32,000 bases of DNA from Fibrobacter succinogenes subsp. succinogenes S85 (GTDB lineage: Bacteria; Fibrobacterota; Fibrobacteria; Fibrobacterales; Fibrobacteraceae). Of this stretch, positions 29,296-32,000 are shown piece by piece (within the stretch, counting starts at the first letter, position 1; each line of letters opens with the position of its first letter). The position numbers and the translations under genes are program-made. The stretch covers positions 1,080,001-1,112,000 of the forward strand of contig NC_017448.1 of NCBI RefSeq assembly GCF_000146505.1, written 5' to 3'. The notes beneath the pieces are model-generated. The model was not told the origin of the DNA. It saw only the letters and a list, made by a program, of their open reading frames with translations, and did no database searches.

Positions 29296-31181
29296 CAGCT
29301 TTTCTCCTTTAAGGTCAGCTTGCAAATCGCACCTCTCTGCAAGGTTTCATCAGCCTTGGGCTCCTGGGCGACAACGCGGCCTTTTCCTGTATATTCAACG
29401 TTCATGCGGATGTTCCCCATCACTTCGAGAGCATCCTTCAAAGAAAGTCCCTGCAAGTCGGGCATCTTGCTAGCCACGGCATCGCCGAGCAAAAGCGTTT
29501 TTCCATTGACTAGGCCCGCATCCAGGCGTTCCGAAATCACGCGGCGTCCCTTGCCTTCAAAGCGGACTGGACACTTGTGTTTCTTGGCGTAATCCTTAGC
29601 CGCAGAAACCTGCATTCCCGCAAAATCCTTGTCGCAAGGAGAACCGAGATGGACCTGCTTCAAGTTATGAGCACGCGGGGAAAGAGCCGGGTGGTAGTAA
29701 ATCGCTTCCATGATGCGGCGGAAAATAGGACCAGCCGTAAGGCCACCGACATGCTTCCCTTGCGGGTCATCAACAAGCACAAGGCACACGTAGCGGGTAT
29801 CTTCAGCCGGAGCAAGACCGATAAACGAAGCCACCTGCGAATTGCGGTCATAAGAACGGGTTTCGCGATTGTACTTTTCAGCCGTACCCGTCTTGCCACC
29901 GAACAAGACATCGGGCAACTTCTGCGATGCAACGCGCTTTGCCGTACCGCTATTCACCACGCGGTAGAGCATCTTGCGGATAGTCGCTGCCGTCCTTTCA
30001 GAAACAGCCCTGCGGATTTCCATCGGCTTCACCTTCTTGACGACGTCACCGTTAGAATTGCGCCATTCCTTCACAATCTGCGGACGCATGAGCTTTCCGC
30101 CATTGGCAATAGCGGCATAAGCCATCACCATCTGGATAGGCGTCACAGAAACAGCATGGCCAAAGCCCATCGTCTTTAACGTTCTATCGTCGCGAGTGAG
30201 TTCAGCCGGCTTCAAAAGTCTTCCGTTTTCTTCGCCAACATAGTTGTCAAAAGCTCTCTCGCCAATGCCAAAGGCACGTGCCATCCTGTACATACCCATA
30301 GCGCCCACTTCAGAGGCAATCTTTGCAAACACGATATTCGAGGACTGCACCATCGCTTCGCTCATGTCCATATCGCCATAGACGTGGGTATCGCAAATCT
30401 TTTCGGATCTCGGGTTCCACTGCCAGCAACGGCCTTCATTCACAAAAATCTTGTTCGGGCTCACAGCGTTATTTTCAAGTGCCGCAGCAGCGGTAATCAC
30501 CTTGAACGTAGAACCCGGTTCGTAAGACATCGAGACGATTTCGTTTTTACCCGCGCGGTCACCGCCCTGGTTCTTGGAATTCGGATCAAAAGTCGGGTAG
30601 CTCGCCATTGCAAGGATTTCACCCGTGTACGGGTCCACGACAACGGCACTGGCACTCTTTGCAGAAAATTCAGCAACGCCGTCCTTCAAAGCTTTTTCAA
30701 CAATTTCCTGCATGTTGCGGTCAATCGTCAAAACGAGATTCAAGCCGGACTTGGCCTGCACCACTTCCGTAGAGCGGGAAAGCACTTCTCGCTGCGCAGC
30801 GTCCTGGATACTCACGCGGATACCTTCGTCACCACGGAGGCTATCGTTGTAAATCTGTTCCATGCCCATGCTGCCCGAACCATTATAGCCGACCTTGCCC
30901 ACAATCTGCGATGCAAGCGAGCCCTGCAAGAACAGGCGGCTGTAGCCCAAATTATTGTTCGTATCGCGCATGCTTTCGGCAAACACGACACCGTTCCTGT
31001 CCATAATAGAACCACGTTCTGCGTACAGGTTTTTCGTCTGCGTCACAGTAGACTTCGTACGTTCCTGATACACGTCACGGTTCAAGACCTGGATATTAAA
31101 GGTCTGGAAAATGAGCACACCAATCATGCAAAGCACAAGGCTCTTCAAAATAACCAGAGGATCAGCACTGTACTTATTCAC
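29295..31181 (-). CDS. ftsI: Class B penicillin-binding protein (FtsI/PBP3-type transpeptidase) with a C-terminal PASTA-like domain
   Basis: N-terminal TM anchor. SxxK = STFK, SxN = SSN, KTG = KTGT. The C-terminal ~65 aa read MPDLQGLSLKDALEVMGNIRMNVEYTGKGRVVAQEPKADETLQRGAICKLTL. GTG start with GGGGAG RBS, and an 8-nt overlap with ftsL. Confidence 0.9.
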   Translation of the reverse strand: MNKYSADPLVILKSLVLCMIGVLIFQTFNIQVLNRDVYQERTKSTVTQTKNLYAERGSIMDRNGVVFAESMRDTNNNLGYSRLFLQGSLASQIVGKVGYNGSGSMGMEQIYNDSLRGDEGIRVSIQDAAQREVLSRSTEVVQAKSGLNLVLTIDRNMQEIVEKALKDGVAEFSAKSASAVVVDPYTGEILAMASYPTFDPNSKNQGGDRAGKNEIVSMSYEPGSTFKVITAAAALENNAVSPNKIFVNEGRCWQWNPRSEKICDTHVYGDMDMSEAMVQSSNIVFAKIASEVGAMGMYRMARAFGIGERAFDNYVGEENGRLLKPAELTRDDRTLKTMGFGHAVSVTPIQMVMAYAAIANGGKLMRPQIVKEWRNSNGDVVKKVKPMEIRRAVSERTAATIRKMLYRVVNSGTAKRVASQKLPDVLFGGKTGTAEKYNRETRSYDRNSQVASFIGLAPAEDTRYVCLVLVDDPQGKHVGGLTAGPIFRRIMEAIYYHPALSPRAHNLKQVHLGSPCDKDFAGMQVSAAKDYAKKHKCPVRFEGKGRRVISERLDAGLVNGKTLLLGDAVASKMPDLQGLSLKDALEVMGNIRMNVEYTGKGRVVAQEPKADETLQRGAICKLTLKEKS

Positions 31182-31491
31182 GTGACTCCCCCGTTATCAT
31201 GATTTTTACCGGAACATCGTTCAAGCCAAGGCCCGTACGTTCCGCAAACTTTGCAAGATGGTCCATCGACATAAGCTTGTTGATTTCATAATCCTTCAAG
31301 AGGATTTCACGATGGAGCAAGCTTGACTTTTCCTTAAGCCCATACAAAGTGCCGTAAAGACTGTTGACGCAGTTCTGCATGTACACAGGGACCATGAAAA
31401 CAAGCGAAGCCACGGCGACCAACATAAGAACAAAGCCCATCACGCTATGCTTCCCTGTTTTTTCGGTTTCATTCTGCACATTATCGATCAT
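31174..31491 (-). CDS. ftsL: FtsL-like small bitopic division protein
   Basis: 105 aa. It has a single TM segment (VMGFVLMLVAVASLVFMVPVY) followed by a short heptad-like region. It occupies the canonical slot between rsmH and ftsI. ATGA overlap with rsmH. The call rests on position and topology only. Confidence 0.65.
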   Translation of the reverse strand: MIDNVQNETEKTGKHSVMGFVLMLVAVASLVFMVPVYMQNCVNSLYGTLYGLKEKSSLLHREILLKDYEINKLMSMDHLAKFAERTGLGLNDVPVKIMITGESRE

Positions 31492-32000
31492 ACTCTTTCA
31501 TAGATCCTTAATTTTGCAGAACGAGCCCGGCTGTTCCTGTTGATTTCATCGGCCGAGGGCAAAATCGGCTTACGGTTCACTTTCTTCAAACGCTGGTGGT
31601 TACCACCACACATGCAAACCGGCAAGTTTTCCGGGCAAATGCATGCTTTTTCAAATTCTGCAGCCGTTTCCTTGACGCAGCGGTCTTCTACGGAGTGGTA
31701 GCTCATCACCACGAGGCGACCACCCACCTTGAGGCAATCGACAGCGGCGCGGAGGCTATCTTCAATCTGCTTGAGTTCGCCGTTCACTTCCATGCGGATG
31801 GCCTGGAAAACGCGGGCCAAAAGGCTATTCGCTTCACGGCGCTTGTCCGGGAACACGGCTTCGACAACGGCCTTGATATCGCTCGGGAGCACATCGCGGC
31901 CTTCGGTGGTAATTTCTCCCACTTTTTCCTTGATGCGGGTTGCAAGCTTGAACGCACGGTCCATATCGGCATTCTTGCGGAGTGCGGCCGCAAAATCATC
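31488..32000 (-). CDS. rsmH: 16S rRNA (cytosine1402-N4)-methyltransferase RsmH/MraW; 5' end outside window
   Basis: The frame stays open from 31964 to 32000 (DDFAAALRKNAD precedes the track's internal Met). Motifs seen: ARVFQAIRMEVNGEL, GGRLVVMSYHSVEDRCVK, and SRARSAKLR. It is the first gene of the dcw cluster. Confidence 0.9.
   Translation of the reverse strand, partial: DDFAAALRKNADMDRAFKLATRIKEKVGEITTEGRDVLPSDIKAVVEAVFPDKRREANSLLARVFQAIRMEVNGELKQIEDSLRAAVDCLKVGGRLVVMSYHSVEDRCVKETAAEFEKACICPENLPVCMCGGNHQRLKKVNRKPILPSADEINRNSRARSAKLRIYERV

Noticed and set aside
1044-31491. Recurrent 1-, 4- and 8-nt start/stop overlaps (TAATG at 1044, 2163, 3035 and 24242; TGATG at 29295; ATGA at 25309-25312 and 31488-31491; TTGA at 22860-22863; 8-nt overlaps at 559-566, 22021-22028 and 31174-31181), considered as a special signal
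   Set aside because: This is ordinary translational coupling in compact operons. It is useful for choosing start codons but is not a novel feature.

Overview
This window is almost entirely minus-strand coding. It looks like a Fibrobacter (F. succinogenes-type) chromosome segment. The diagnostic clue is nine copies of the 'Fibrobacter succinogenes major paralogous domain' (RDGQxYKTVKIGxQTWMAENL ... C..YGRLY.W ... CP.GWHLP...EW..L ... FSALP ... FWS ... SVRC[VI]KD) spread over three tandem lipoprotein genes.

Layout in the direction of transcription (high to low coordinates):
- (1) A dcw division/peptidoglycan cluster rsmH'-ftsL-ftsI-murE-murF-ftsW-murG-murC-ftsQ-ftsA-ftsZ (32000-19082). It is tightly translationally coupled and lacks mraY and murD.
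- (2) A ~600-bp non-coding gap (18482-19081). It holds four to five tandem ~94-96-bp repeats whose flanks are near-identical, while the central hairpin changes sequence but keeps its pairing. I consider this the most interesting unexplained signal.
- (3) A putative outer-membrane beta-barrel gene, then three lipoprotein genes carrying 5, 3 and 1 paralogous domains (18481-9817). The last one also has three collagen-like G-X-Y runs and Cys-rich modules.
- (4) purT.
- (5) A 1274-aa secreted GLUG-repeat protein with a triplicated module, a Ser-rich linker and a T9SS-like C-terminal domain.
- (6) rsmE, the only plus-strand gene.
- (7) HAD hydrolase-znuA-znuC with no permease, then a small unknown ORF, ybeY and a CNNM/CorC-type gene that runs off the window.

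I found no rRNA, tRNA, CRISPR array, transposase or phage genes. All family calls come from motif recognition by eye, with no database search. Start codons are best guesses because the supplied track also uses TTG/GTG starts.
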